61,386 nt of DNA, filler included, from Candidatus Coatesbacteria bacterium (GCA_016927185.1; 4 parts of 4 records of this genome joined end to end with filler, not necessarily neighbours in it), one strand, 5' to 3'; positions 19,021 to 29,504 are shown, numbered from the whole stretch's first letter. Program-made: numbers and translations. The notes: a model not told the origin generated them from the sequence alone.

Positions 19021-20328
19021 CTAAAATCCTTTTAGAACATCTTCCATATCAGGCTTGCCAATTTCCTGAAGATCATAACCTACCCTGACGCTTGTTTTTT
19101 TAATTTTTATGAGTCTTCTCAAGTCTATCGGTGTTGCAATTATTACTGTATCACAAGGGGTTCTGTCAATTGTCTCCTCAAGATCTCTCATTTGCTTGAC
19201 GCCATAACCCATTGCAGGTAGCAAAGTTCCAATGCATGGATACTTGCTGAATGTATCTGTTATGCTTCCAACAGTATAAGGTCTTGGACATACAATATCT
19301 CCTGCCCCGAACTTCTTTGCAGCAACAATGCCTGCACCATATTTCATTTCTCCGTGAGTTAATGTAGGTCCATCCTCTATTACAAGAACTCGCTTTCCCT
19401 TGATGGCAGATGGATCTGTTACAGTAATTGGAGATGCAGCACTTATAACAGTTGCCTTCGAATTGACATTGAAAATGTTTTCCTGAACCTCTAAGACACA
19501 CTCCCAGTTGGCAGTATCAATCTTGTTTATAACAATAACATCAGCCATTTTCAGGTTTGTCTCCCCTGGATAATACTTCAGCTCATGTCCTGGTCTGTGA
19601 GGATCAACAACAACAATATGGAGATCAGGTTTGTAGAATGGCAGATCATTGTTTCCTCCATCCCATACTATTACATCAGCCTCTTTTTCAGCTTCTCTTA
19701 AAATTGCTTCATAATCGACACCTGCATATATCACTCCACCCATATCAATATGAGGTTCATACTCTTCCATTTCCTCAATTGTGCAGTTATGGGCTTTCAA
19801 ATCTTGAATAGTTGCAAACCTCTGTACCTTCTGTGCAACCAAATCACCATAAGGCATCGGGTGTCTTATAGCAACAACTTTCTTTCCCTTATTACGCAGT
19901 ACCTGTACCACTCTTCGCGTCGTCTGGCTCTTTCCACAACCTGTTCTGACTGCACATATTGAAATTACTGGTTTGGAGCTTTTCAACATAGTATGCTTAG
20001 CTCCAAGAAGCATGAAATCAGCACCAGCCGCGTTTGCTGCACAGGCTTTGTGCATTACGTATTCATGGGAAACGTCACTATATGAGAAGACTACAAGATC
20101 TATCTTCTCTGCTTTAATGAGCTTTACAAGTTCAGACTCATCATAGATTGGAATCCCTTCTTCATAACCTTTGCCTGCCAGCTGAGCTGGATATTTCCTT
20201 CCAAAGATATCGGGGATCTGTGTTGCAGTAAATGCCACAACATTATAATCCTTGTTACCGCGGAAGAACATATTGAAATTATGAAAATCTCTCCCTGCAG
20301 CACCCATAATTAAAACTCTCTTAGTCAT
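19021..20328 (-). CDS. arginine synthetase ArcE-like P-loop protein (cyclic 2,3-diphosphoglycerate synthetase-related)
   Basis: MGAAGRDFHNFN, AVRTGCGKSQT, RHPMPYGDL, EEYEPH, DGGNND, EDGPT, LPAMGY; its stop abuts the arcC start. Confidence 0.8.
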   Translation of the reverse strand: MTKRVLIMGAAGRDFHNFNMFFRGNKDYNVVAFTATQIPDIFGRKYPAQLAGKGYEEGIPIYDESELVKLIKAEKIDLVVFSYSDVSHEYVMHKACAANAAGADFMLLGAKHTMLKSSKPVISICAVRTGCGKSQTTRRVVQVLRNKGKKVVAIRHPMPYGDLVAQKVQRFATIQDLKAHNCTIEEMEEYEPHIDMGGVIYAGVDYEAILREAEKEADVIVWDGGNNDLPFYKPDLHIVVVDPHRPGHELKYYPGETNLKMADVIVINKIDTANWECVLEVQENIFNVNSKATVISAASPITVTDPSAIKGKRVLVIEDGPTLTHGEMKYGAGIVAAKKFGAGDIVCPRPYTVGSITDTFSKYPCIGTLLPAMGYGVKQMRDLEETIDRTPCDTVIIATPIDLRRLIKIKKTSVRVGYDLQEIGKPDMEDVLKGF

Positions 20329-20526
20329 AACAACCTTCCTTGATCAAATGAAAACAAATATTACCAATTATAAACTTTATGAAAGAAATGATTAAGTATT
20401 TCTTGAAAAAGCTGCAATAATAGAGCTAGAACTCAAATAAAGAAATGATTCCCTGAAAAACATATAATCCATAAGCTGTTTCATAATCATTTTCAGTAAA
20501 AAATGTTTACTTCAAGCATCTTATTT

Positions 20527-23241
20527 CTATTTCTTCTCTTTAATTACTGCTTGTGCAGCAGCAAGCCTGGCTATGGGAACACGATAAGGTGAACATGAAA
20601 CATAGTCCATGCCAACTATATGGCAGAATTCAATGCTTGTTGGTTCCCCTCCATGTTCTCCACATATACCTACTTTCAAGTTATTCCTTGTTGAACGACC
20701 TCTTTTTGTACCCATGTCAACAAGCTGTCCAACTCCTTCCCTGTCAAGCATCTGGAAAGGATCAAAAGGCAGTATCTTCTTCTCAAGGTATTCTGGCAGG
20801 AATACTCCTGCATCATCCCTTGAATAACCGAATGTCATCTGTGTCAAATCATTTGTACCGAATGAGAAAAACTCAGCTTCCCTTGCAATCTGATCCGCAA
20901 TTAATGCTGCTCTTGGAATTTCTATCATTGTTCCAACCTGATAAGCAACTTTTATGTTGTATTCTTTTTGCACCTGCTCTGCAACCTCAACAACAATGGC
21001 TTTCTGGTTAACAAACTCGGTCAAGGTTCCCGTCAGTGGTATCATTATTTCTGGTTTAACAGTAATGCCTTTGCTGGAGAGTTCGCATGCTGCTTCCATT
21101 ATAGCTCTTGCCTGCATGGCAGTTATCTCTGGATAAGTGATACCAAGTCTGCAGCCCCTGTGACCAAGCATTGGATTGAATTCCCTGAGCTTTTCAGATC
21201 GTATTTTTACATTCTCAATTGTTGTTCCAATTCTTTCTGCCATTTCCTTCACTTCTAACTCAGAATGAGGCAGGAATTCATGCAATGGAGGATCCAGGGT
21301 TCTTATGGTTACAGGAAGTCCATTCATGACTTTGAATATTCCAAGGAAATCTTCTTTCTGCATTGGAAGAAGTTTCTTCAATGCTTTCTCTCTTCCTTCC
21401 TTGTTTTCAGCCATAATCATTTCCCTGACAGACCATATCCTGTCACCCTCGAAGAACATGTGTTCAGTCCTGCACAATCCGATGCCTTCTGCTCCGAAAT
21501 TGCGTGCAACCATGCTGTCTTTTGGTGTATCAGCATTTGTCCTGATTCTTAATCTCCTTGTATCATCTGCCCAGCTCATAAGTATTCCGAAACTTCCACC
21601 CAGCTCAGGAGCGATTGTTGAAACCTTACCTAATATTACCTCTCCAGTACTTCCATCAAGACTTATCCAGTCTCCTTCATTTATCTTACTTGAACCAATT
21701 TCTATAGTTTTCCTTGCATAATCAATGTTCAATGCACCACAACCTGCCACACAGCATTTACCCATACCTCTTGCAACAACTGCTGCATGGGAAGTCATTC
21801 CACCGCGTTGTGTCAGGATTCCCTGAGCAACATTCATTCCACCTATATCTTCAGGACTTGTCTCAATCCTGACAAGAATTACCTTTTTGCCTTCCTTAGC
21901 CCAGCTTTCTGCATCATCAGCGTGAAAGACAACCATTCCTGATGCAGCTCCAGGTGAAGCAGGTAATCCCTTTGCAATAACCTGAATAGTTTTTGACTTG
22001 TCAAAAGCAGGATGCAAAAGCTGATTGAGCTGATTTGGCTGAACTCTCAAAAGAGCTGTTTCCTTATCAATAAGACCTTCATTAACCATGTCAACTGCTA
22101 TCTTTACTGCTGCAGCTGCTGTTCTCTTCCCGCTTCTTGTCTGAAGCATCCATAACTTGTTCTTTTGAATTGTAAACTCTATGTCCTGCATCTCTTTATA
22201 GTGCTTCTCAAGTTTCAGGTATATATCCACCAGCTCCTTGTAAGGTTCTGACATCAGTTCCTCTAATGAAGGATAGGTTTTCTTCCTGTCATCCTCGATT
22301 ACAGAATTATTCTTTGCCCATTCAAGAGAGCCTTCCTTTGTTATCTGCTGAGGTGTTCTTATTCCTGCAACGACGTCTTCTCCCTGAGCATTTATAAGGA
22401 ATTCACCATAGAATTTGTTCTCTCCTGTTGCTGGGTTTCTTGTGAAAGCTACTCCTGTAGCACAATCATCACCCATATTACCGAACACCATTGCCTGCAC
22501 ATTAACTGCAGTTCCCCAATCTGATGATATACCATTTAGTTCCCTGTACTTTATTGCTCGCATGTTCATCCATGAACCGAATACTGCATTAATTGCACCC
22601 CAGAGTTGTTCGTTTGGATCTTCCGGGAAATCGATGCCCTTCTTTTCCTTTATAAGTGCCTTGAATTCCTCTACAAGTTCCTGCATATCCGAAGCACTAA
22701 GCTCAGTATCAAGTTTTACACCTTTCTTGTGCTTCTTTTTCTCTATTACTAGTTCGAATGGATCCTCATCTTCCTTTCTTTCGGGTTTCAGCCCCAGGAC
22801 AACATCTCCATACATCTGGACGAATCTTCTATAACTATCCCAGCCAAATCTCTCATTCCCTGATTTCTTTATCAATGCGATTACAGTATCTTTATTCAAT
22901 CCCAGATTAAGAACAGTATCCATCATGCCTGGCATGCTTACTCTTGCGCCTGAACGTACGGAAACCAGAAGAGGGTTTTCCTTGTCTCCAAATTTGGCTC
23001 CCATTATTTTCTCTATATATTGAATTCCCTTACTTACTTCCTCAGTAAGTTCAGGAGGATATTTCCTCTCATTCTCATAATAAACTGTGCACATTTCTGT
23101 TGTTATTGTAAATCCCGCAGGAACAGGTATTCCCAATCCTGCCATTTCAGCCAGATCTGCTCCCTTTCCGCCAAGCAGATTGCGCAGTTTTGTGTTTCCT
23201 TCTGCAATACCTCCTCCAAAGGTATATACGTATTTTGCCAT
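20527..23241 (-). CDS. ppdK: pyruvate, phosphate dikinase
   Basis: [61 protein letters not shown]. Confidence 0.98.
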   Translation of the reverse strand: MAKYVYTFGGGIAEGNTKLRNLLGGKGADLAEMAGLGIPVPAGFTITTEMCTVYYENERKYPPELTEEVSKGIQYIEKIMGAKFGDKENPLLVSVRSGARVSMPGMMDTVLNLGLNKDTVIALIKKSGNERFGWDSYRRFVQMYGDVVLGLKPERKEDEDPFELVIEKKKHKKGVKLDTELSASDMQELVEEFKALIKEKKGIDFPEDPNEQLWGAINAVFGSWMNMRAIKYRELNGISSDWGTAVNVQAMVFGNMGDDCATGVAFTRNPATGENKFYGEFLINAQGEDVVAGIRTPQQITKEGSLEWAKNNSVIEDDRKKTYPSLEELMSEPYKELVDIYLKLEKHYKEMQDIEFTIQKNKLWMLQTRSGKRTAAAAVKIAVDMVNEGLIDKETALLRVQPNQLNQLLHPAFDKSKTIQVIAKGLPASPGAASGMVVFHADDAESWAKEGKKVILVRIETSPEDIGGMNVAQGILTQRGGMTSHAAVVARGMGKCCVAGCGALNIDYARKTIEIGSSKINEGDWISLDGSTGEVILGKVSTIAPELGGSFGILMSWADDTRRLRIRTNADTPKDSMVARNFGAEGIGLCRTEHMFFEGDRIWSVREMIMAENKEGREKALKKLLPMQKEDFLGIFKVMNGLPVTIRTLDPPLHEFLPHSELEVKEMAERIGTTIENVKIRSEKLREFNPMLGHRGCRLGITYPEITAMQARAIMEAACELSSKGITVKPEIMIPLTGTLTEFVNQKAIVVEVAEQVQKEYNIKVAYQVGTMIEIPRAALIADQIAREAEFFSFGTNDLTQMTFGYSRDDAGVFLPEYLEKKILPFDPFQMLDREGVGQLVDMGTKRGRSTRNNLKVGICGEHGGEPTSIEFCHIVGMDYVSCSPYRVPIARLAAAQAVIKEKK

Positions 23242-23520
23242 TTAAGAACCTCCTTGAGTTTGCAAAAATGTTTTAAAAGTCATACCCTAAAAGCTTGCCT
23301 TCTTGTCAAGGCTTACTTTATCCGGAAGCGCTTAAGTAATTGATAAATATAGTATTATGTAAATATCATAGATGCTGGACTACTTTTCAATTCTGAATAT
23401 AAACAATGCACATCTTTTATATTGACAAAATTATCTTTACTATAATTTTTATTGATACTTTGTAAAAGTCTAAAAACAATAAGATTTAGTAATTCAGCTC
23501 TATTAGAAAAGGATAAAAAA

Positions 23521-24175
23521 ATGAAAAAATTCCAGATTTTGATATTGTTAATTTTCTCTCTAAGCATTTTGTATTCCCAGTCTTATCCCATGTATGGACA
23601 GAACCAGCATCATACATGTCATATTGATGTTGCAGGACCAGTAACCAAACCAAATGAATACTGGAGATTTGAAGAAAAGGAAGGCAGATATGCAGGTAAT
23701 CCAGTAACAGACAGTAATGGGAATATTTATGTAGGGTTTGCTTATGAAGAAGATAATGAAGCATATTATTGTTCATTGGATTCACTTGGAAAGATTAGAT
23801 GGGAGAAGATGTATAAACGCAATTACAACGAGTTTTATAACAGTGATTGCAAGGTTGCCCTTGATGAAAGCAGGAACAGAGCATATTTCTCTTTTACTAG
23901 ATGTGGAGGTCTTTTTGCGCATACTTTGGGGGGAGATTTAATCTGGAAGTTTGAGAAAACATACAGTTATTCTCCACCAACCATTAGAGATAATGGTTAT
24001 TTATATTTGGGTCAAGGAAATGGAAAGAGAATCATTTGTGTTTCACCAGAAGGGGCATTAGTATGGGAGTTTGATGGCTCAGGAGATTATTCATTGTGCG
24101 AACAAAATGCAATAGATGATTCAGGACATGTTTATATACCGTTAGGTAATTACTTGTATTGCCTTAATGGAGATA
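23521..24175 (+). CDS. secreted PQQ-like beta-propeller protein, 3' truncated by contig end
   Basis: Signal peptide from ATG 23521; YPMYGQNQHHT, DSNGNIYVG, G.LIWKF..YSPPTI. Confidence 0.75.
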
Positions 24176-24275
24176 NNNNNNNNNNNNNNNNNNNNNNNNN
24201 NNNNNNNNNNNNNNNNNNNTTAATTAATTAANNNNNNNNNNNNNNNNNNNNNNNNNNNNNNNNNNNNNNNNNNNN
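24176..24275. other. artificial contig-join linker
   Basis: N44-TTAATTAATTAA-N44, which places stops in all six frames. Confidence 0.97.
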
Positions 24276-25031
24276 ACTGAAAAGAACAAGGAGTTAAAAT
24301 ATTCAGCAGATTCATTTTATTCATATACTATGAAAGTATTGAGTATTGACAGAATTGGAAGTGCCTTGATTGAAATGAGAATAGATACAATAATAATAAA
24401 TCAACAAGGTTTTAATTCATACAATGTTAACACTTCAAAACCTAATGCTTCTAACAACTATTTTGTTGCTGCATATCATGCGATTATTAACAAACCGATA
24501 ATAATCATTGCAGATAGAAATGGTGAAATAAATTCAATAACGAATATGGATGAAATATATGATTATATTATAAAGGCACTACCTGACATGTACCAATACT
24601 CATTTCAGATTGTATCGATAAGAAAAATCCTGAGAGAACAATTCAATACGGTAACTTTTAAAAACAAGATATCAATATTATTCCCGCTTGCATATCAAGA
24701 AGAATCAAAAGAAAAAAAGAAGAAAAACAGGAGAATAAATATTGAACCTTTAGGAGATATCAGTGAAGAATATAAAATTTCAAAAGATAAATTAAATCCT
24801 TTAATAGATAACTATTCAGGAACTTCGAAAATTATCGAACCCATATATCTTGCAGTTAATTTAAAACTGCTTAGTGGTAAAATAACTAGTTCTGGAATAA
24901 TTCAATGGCATAATACCGATAAGAAAAAACCTAAAGTCCAGATAAAAAGAGAAATAGCAGCCAAAGGATTTTTATCTACTATGAAAGTAACTCTCATTGG
25001 AGAAACACAAATAAAAGTGGAATATAATTAG
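24276..25031 (+). CDS. hypothetical protein, 5' partial
   Basis: The frame is open from the contig edge to TAG at 25031; beta-rich, family not assignable. Confidence 0.6.
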   Translation, partial: TEKNKELKYSADSFYSYTMKVLSIDRIGSALIEMRIDTIIINQQGFNSYNVNTSKPNASNNYFVAAYHAIINKPIIIIADRNGEINSITNMDEIYDYIIKALPDMYQYSFQIVSIRKILREQFNTVTFKNKISILFPLAYQEESKEKKKKNRRINIEPLGDISEEYKISKDKLNPLIDNYSGTSKIIEPIYLAVNLKLLSGKITSSGIIQWHNTDKKKPKVQIKREIAAKGFLSTMKVTLIGETQIKVEYN

Positions 25032-25168
25032 ATTTCAGATTTCTTTTTTGTATTATTTTAGAAACTTCTAATTACAAATCTTATAATTATATTTCATAAA
25101 AGAAGATTTCACTTGATTTATTTCAATGTATTTTAGACCAAATCAGATATAGTATTTTAGGAATTCAG

Positions 25169-25786
25169 ATGAGTATAAAGTGTTACTTTCATAGTCAAAG
25201 AGATGCAGTTGATTTTTGCGACAAATGCAGCAAACCTTTATGTGAAGAATGTAATATCAACAAAGACAAACATTCATCAGTATCAATATGCAGGGAATGC
25301 AGTGAAAAAGAGATAATAAAAGCTGAAAAGAAAAGAGTCGCTTCAGAGCATTTGTATGATTCTTTCCATTTTGAATCTTTCAGATCATTAACTTTCATTA
25401 ATTTTATATGGTTAATACTGCTTGGCGTTATCTTCTTTGAGATTATAATTATACTATTTCCAGGAAGTAGCTTCCTTACTGAAACATCTTCAATATCAAC
25501 TCAGGGATTACAAAGAGAAGATGAGCGATTAATGCAATTAGCCATGCCACTTCAGCATTTTTACACCATCAAAGGAAAATTCCCTCAGTTTTATGATGAT
25601 CTGGTTCCACATTACATAAAGAAACTTCCCGGTGAAATTAAGGATAGTACAATAGTATATACTTATCAAACTCATAATAGAGTAACTATTAACATGAAGA
25701 ACCAGAAAAACGGAATTCTTCTTGATGGAACAGCAGTTTATAGAGATAATGACAGAGGAGAACCATTTTTTGATGTTTACAAATAA
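25169..25786 (+). CDS. B-box-like zinc finger + transmembrane helix + pilin/GspG-like C-terminal domain
   Basis: CYFH...CDKCSKPLCEEC...CREC; hydrophobic helix; LQHFYTIKGKFP...DLVPHYIKKLP. Confidence 0.6.
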   Translation: MSIKCYFHSQRDAVDFCDKCSKPLCEECNINKDKHSSVSICRECSEKEIIKAEKKRVASEHLYDSFHFESFRSLTFINFIWLILLGVIFFEIIIILFPGSSFLTETSSISTQGLQREDERLMQLAMPLQHFYTIKGKFPQFYDDLVPHYIKKLPGEIKDSTIVYTYQTHNRVTINMKNQKNGILLDGTAVYRDNDRGEPFFDVYK

Positions 25787-26219
25787 GGGCTTGACTAATC
25801 TTGAATGGTTAATAACAATATTTTTAATATTTTCTGTTACATTTCTTGGAATATCACTTTCTGAAAAACTTCAATATAAAACAGATATTCAGAAACTGGA
25901 ACAAGATATGAAAAAACTTGATCAAGCAATAGAAAAATTCAGAACATCAAAAAAAAGATTGCCTTATGATCTAAAGGAATTGGTAAATGCAAGATTAGTT
26001 GATTCTGTTCCAATCTGTCCATTTACAAAGCAGCAATATTGGTATACATCCTTTTCTTACCCAATTCAAACAAAAGATAATAAACCTCTCGAATATTATT
26101 GCTTAAGCACTCCATATAACATAATCCCGGATGTTTATCAATTAAGAATAATTTATATATCTTGGCTAAAGAAAGATAATAAGAAATTCGAAAAAATTGA
26201 AAGGGAAAAAACACTTTAA
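25773..26219 (+). CDS. type IV pilin / pseudopilin-like protein
   Basis: From ATG 25773: MFTNKG|LTNLEWLITIF (class III cleavage site with Glu5); AIEKF...RLPYDLKELV...VPICPF. Confidence 0.7.
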   Translation: MFTNKGLTNLEWLITIFLIFSVTFLGISLSEKLQYKTDIQKLEQDMKKLDQAIEKFRTSKKRLPYDLKELVNARLVDSVPICPFTKQQYWYTSFSYPIQTKDNKPLEYYCLSTPYNIIPDVYQLRIIYISWLKKDNKKFEKIEREKTL

Positions 26220-26230
26220 AAGGATGATTT

Positions 26231-27490
26231 ATGGGAGAAACATTTGTCCAAAAAGCCTTCGGTAACCGTATAGGAAAAAAACTGAAAGTAAATGAAATTG
26301 TTTTTTTAGAACCAGACTATATTTTAACTCATGACAATACTGCTGCGATAATAAAAAAACTTGATGAAGTAAAGAGTGATATTAAGGTAAAATATCCAGA
26401 TAGACTGGTTATTATTCTTGATCATGTAATACCTGCTTCTTCCGAAAAAACTGCTCTTAATCATAAAGAGATAAGGGAATTTGTCAAGAAGCAAGGGATA
26501 AAAAACTTCTATGATATTGGTAGAGGCATCTGCCATCAGGTTCTACCGGAAGAAGGATTTGCAAAACCAGCAGGTATTGTTGTCGGAAGCGACAGTCATA
26601 CTTGCACATATGGAGCATTTTCTTGTCTGGGAACAGGTATTGACAGAACAGAAGCCGCTGGTCTTTGGATTACAGGTCAAACATGGTTCAAAGTCCCTGA
26701 AAGCTTCAAAATAAGCTTGAAAGGAAAATTTAGAAAAGGTGTTTCTGCAAAAGATTTGATTCTAACCATTATTGGTGATTTAGGCGCGGATGGAGCTAAT
26801 TATGTATCTGTGGAGTTTCATGGAGATAGTTTACAGCATCTTGATATTGACTCAAGAATGACAATTGCAAATATGGGAGTTGAAATGGGTGCTAAATTCG
26901 CACTATTCCCACCTGATGACATCCTGAAAAATCATTTTAAATCAAGAGGCTGGGATTTCAGCATTCCTGTTGCCTGGTCAGATAAGGATGCTGAATATTC
27001 ACTCATTAAGGAATACGAACTTTCTGAGATAGTTCCTTGTGTATCAAAACCTCATGCAGTTGACAAATACTCTTCGGTAAAAGATTTGCAAGGCCTTTTC
27101 TTTGAGCAATATCTGATCGGAACGTGTACAAATGGAAGGATATCTGATATAGAAGTAACATCAAAAATTTTAAAAGGCAAGAAAATCTCAGCGAATGTAA
27201 GATTGCTGGTTTTACCTGCTTCAAGTGAAATTTATTCAGAAGCTTCAAGAGCAGGTTTCCTTGCAGATCTTGCAGAAGCTGGAGCAACCATTCTTCCTCC
27301 TGGATGCGGACCTTGCCTTGGTGCACATCAAGGAGTTCTGGCGCCAGGAGAGAAGTGCTTATCAACAGCTAACAGAAACTTCAAAGGAAGAATGGGATGC
27401 AAGGATTCTGAGATATATCTTGCTTCTTCAGAAACAGTTGCTGCTAGTGCATTAAAAGGAGTACTAACTGATCCAAGAGAGGTATTATAA
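26231..27490 (+). CDS. LeuC/HacA-family (3-isopropylmalate dehydratase/homoaconitase) large subunit
   Basis: HDN, LDH, GICHQ, GSDSHTCTYGA, IGTCTNGR, PGCGPCLG, STANRNFKGRMG. Confidence 0.92.
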   Translation: MGETFVQKAFGNRIGKKLKVNEIVFLEPDYILTHDNTAAIIKKLDEVKSDIKVKYPDRLVIILDHVIPASSEKTALNHKEIREFVKKQGIKNFYDIGRGICHQVLPEEGFAKPAGIVVGSDSHTCTYGAFSCLGTGIDRTEAAGLWITGQTWFKVPESFKISLKGKFRKGVSAKDLILTIIGDLGADGANYVSVEFHGDSLQHLDIDSRMTIANMGVEMGAKFALFPPDDILKNHFKSRGWDFSIPVAWSDKDAEYSLIKEYELSEIVPCVSKPHAVDKYSSVKDLQGLFFEQYLIGTCTNGRISDIEVTSKILKGKKISANVRLLVLPASSEIYSEASRAGFLADLAEAGATILPPGCGPCLGAHQGVLAPGEKCLSTANRNFKGRMGCKDSEIYLASSETVAASALKGVLTDPREVL

Positions 27491-27969
27491 TGGCTATCTT
27501 TGCATATATTCAGGATGATATCAATACAGATCTTCTTTATCCAGGGAAATATACATATCTTGGAACTAAACCAAGTGATATAAAAGAGCATCTTCTTGAA
27601 GATCTTGATCCAACATTCAAGGATAGGGTTAAAAATGGTGATATAATAATTGCTGGTAAAAACTTTGGATGCGGAAGTTCAAGGGAACAACCTAATGTTG
27701 GTTTGAAATATGTAGGAATTCAGGCCATTATTGCTAAGAGTTTTTCAAGAATTTTTTTCAGATCAGCAACAAATCAAGGCCTTCTGCTTATAGAATTACC
27801 AGCCGTTGTAGATGCCTATAAGGAAGGGGATTTCATAGAGATAGATTCAAAAAAAGGTGTTGTCCTTTTAAATAATACTCAGTTCAACTTTCCCGCTCTT
27901 CCCACTGAAATGCAAAATATCCTTAAAGCTGGGGGATTGCTTGAATATATTAAAGAAAATCTCAAATGA
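27490..27969 (+). CDS. LeuD/HacB-family small subunit
   Basis: DDINTDLLYPGKY, AGKNFGCGSSRE, SFSRIFFRSATNQGL, GGL. Confidence 0.92.
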   Translation: MAIFAYIQDDINTDLLYPGKYTYLGTKPSDIKEHLLEDLDPTFKDRVKNGDIIIAGKNFGCGSSREQPNVGLKYVGIQAIIAKSFSRIFFRSATNQGLLLIELPAVVDAYKEGDFIEIDSKKGVVLLNNTQFNFPALPTEMQNILKAGGLLEYIKENLK

Positions 27970-28787
27970 TTGATTACTGGAGAGATACAGAAAGAATCGT
28001 AGACAACTTCAAGAGAAAACCAGGATTAGTATTAGTACTTACTGGCGCAGGTATATCTTCAGAAAGTGGTATTCCAACTTATAGAGGATCAGATGGTTAT
28101 TGGAATAAGGAATCTGATAATTTCTTGCCAATGGAGATTGCAACATATTCCATGTTCAGTAGAAAACCATGGTTTGTCTGGGAATGGTATCTTTCCAGAA
28201 GAGTACAATGCCTGAATACAGAACCAAATAAAGGTCACTTTGCTATCGCAAACATGGAAAAAATGGAAGATTTCTTTCTGATAACTCAGAATATTGATAA
28301 TTTGCACAAAAAAGCTGGAATATCTGATAACAAAATATTTGAGATACATGGCAACCTCAATTTTGCTAGATGCTACAAAGAATGCTCATCTGAGGTTTAT
28401 GAAGTTGATGAGTGTTTTAATTATCATGTGAAAGGGATGGATTTATCCGAGAACGAAAAACGGAAACTATCTTGTCCTAAATGTGGAAGCATGCTGAGAC
28501 CTAATATCTTATGGTTTGATGAATGCTATGATGAAGTTCATTTCCATTTTTACAGTTCAACTGAATTAGCATTAAAGGCAAGATTGCTGATTTCAGTAGG
28601 TACAACCGGGCAAACTAGCTTGCCTATTCAGATTTTAGAAAGAGTACTAATAAACAAGGGATTAATTATTGATATTAACCCAGATGATAATCCTTTCAGA
28701 TCTTCTGCCCAAAAAACTGGAAATGCTTTCCTTCCTTACAAATCTGGAGAAGTTCTTCCCAGGTTATCTGAGATGCTTATGAAATAA
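27966..28787 (+). CDS. cobB: Sir2-family NAD-dependent deacylase
   Basis: GAGISSESGIPTYRG, ITQNIDNLH, EIHG, CPKCG, RPNILWFDE, VGTTG. Confidence 0.92.
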   Translation: MIDYWRDTERIVDNFKRKPGLVLVLTGAGISSESGIPTYRGSDGYWNKESDNFLPMEIATYSMFSRKPWFVWEWYLSRRVQCLNTEPNKGHFAIANMEKMEDFFLITQNIDNLHKKAGISDNKIFEIHGNLNFARCYKECSSEVYEVDECFNYHVKGMDLSENEKRKLSCPKCGSMLRPNILWFDECYDEVHFHFYSSTELALKARLLISVGTTGQTSLPIQILERVLINKGLIIDINPDDNPFRSSAQKTGNAFLPYKSGEVLPRLSEMLMK

Positions 28788-28817
28788 AAAACGACCGCTT
28801 CAAAGAAACGATCGTTT
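28786..28817 (-). terminator. intrinsic terminator
   Basis: Minus strand AAACGATCGTTTC-TTT-GAAGCGGTCGTTTTTT (G-U pairs) downstream of the OB-fold gene. Confidence 0.7.
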
Positions 28818-28838
28818 GTTATAGCTTTTAGATCTTGA

Positions 28839-29504
28839 TTAATCGTTTTTGTATAATCTCTTTATTTCACCCCAAGTGACCTTGCGGACTCCTGTTCCTT
28901 CAGTTACATCAGTTGAATAACGAGGTTTCACTTCATGAGTAGTCTTATAGGTGGAACCAATGCCAATAACAGTAAGTTTTGCTCCATTCTTGACAATATC
29001 CCAGTTAATGTTGACCCCTTTTTCCAGATAAACCTGTACTTCTCCTGATCCATCATTCAGGTTAAATTTAAACTTATCAGGATTTGCATCTTGAACAGTT
29101 CCTGAAATCCTTAGTAACCATCCTTCTGCAGCGCTGGTATTTGCATTGCCGGTTGTAAATGATTTAGGATTGGGAGGATTTCCAGAACCGCTTTTTGTAT
29201 AAGAAGCATCAGATATTTCTATTTCTTCATTATATTTTGTTACTACCCCAGTTACTGATCCTCTGTCTCCAAGAGCTTGATCGGAAAAATTCCCTCCGCT
29301 TTTATAGCAGAGAACTCCACCTGTGCTATCCTGGATATAGAATGTTGCATTTGAAAAAGCTCCTCCAGGGCAGGTTATTACGCCTTCAATAGTTACAGTC
29401 TTGTTTTCATAATTGCTATAATTCTCTCTAATTTCTGCTACAGTAACTGCAAAGGATAAACTTACTGAAAGTAAAACTAAAGTCAAAATGATTGTTTGTT
29501 TCAT
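28839..29504 (-). CDS. secreted tandem OB-fold protein with C-terminal TWGxIK tail
   Basis: Signal peptide; VTIEGVIT..FYIQDSTGGV..GD...VTG and FNLNDGSG..; ends VTWGEIKRLYKND. Confidence 0.75.
   Translation of the reverse strand: MKQTIILTLVLLSVSLSFAVTVAEIRENYSNYENKTVTIEGVITCPGGAFSNATFYIQDSTGGVLCYKSGGNFSDQALGDRGSVTGVVTKYNEEIEISDASYTKSGSGNPPNPKSFTTGNANTSAAEGWLLRISGTVQDANPDKFKFNLNDGSGEVQVYLEKGVNINWDIVKNGAKLTVIGIGSTYKTTHEVKPRYSTDVTEGTGVRKVTWGEIKRLYKND

Noticed and set aside
20553-23343. Several plus-strand ORFs of 60-152 aa
   Set aside because: They are antisense shadows of ppdK with no RBS or motifs; the same applies to most short nested ORFs in the track
24220-24231. TTAATTAATTAA palindrome as a biological site, and ORFs ending in XXXLIN
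   Set aside because: It is identical in all three N gaps and is a synthetic six-frame stop linker
27966-28787. Sir2 anti-phage defence effector
   Set aside because: It has the canonical CobB-type deacylase motifs with a zinc module and a metabolic context, with no partner defence genes
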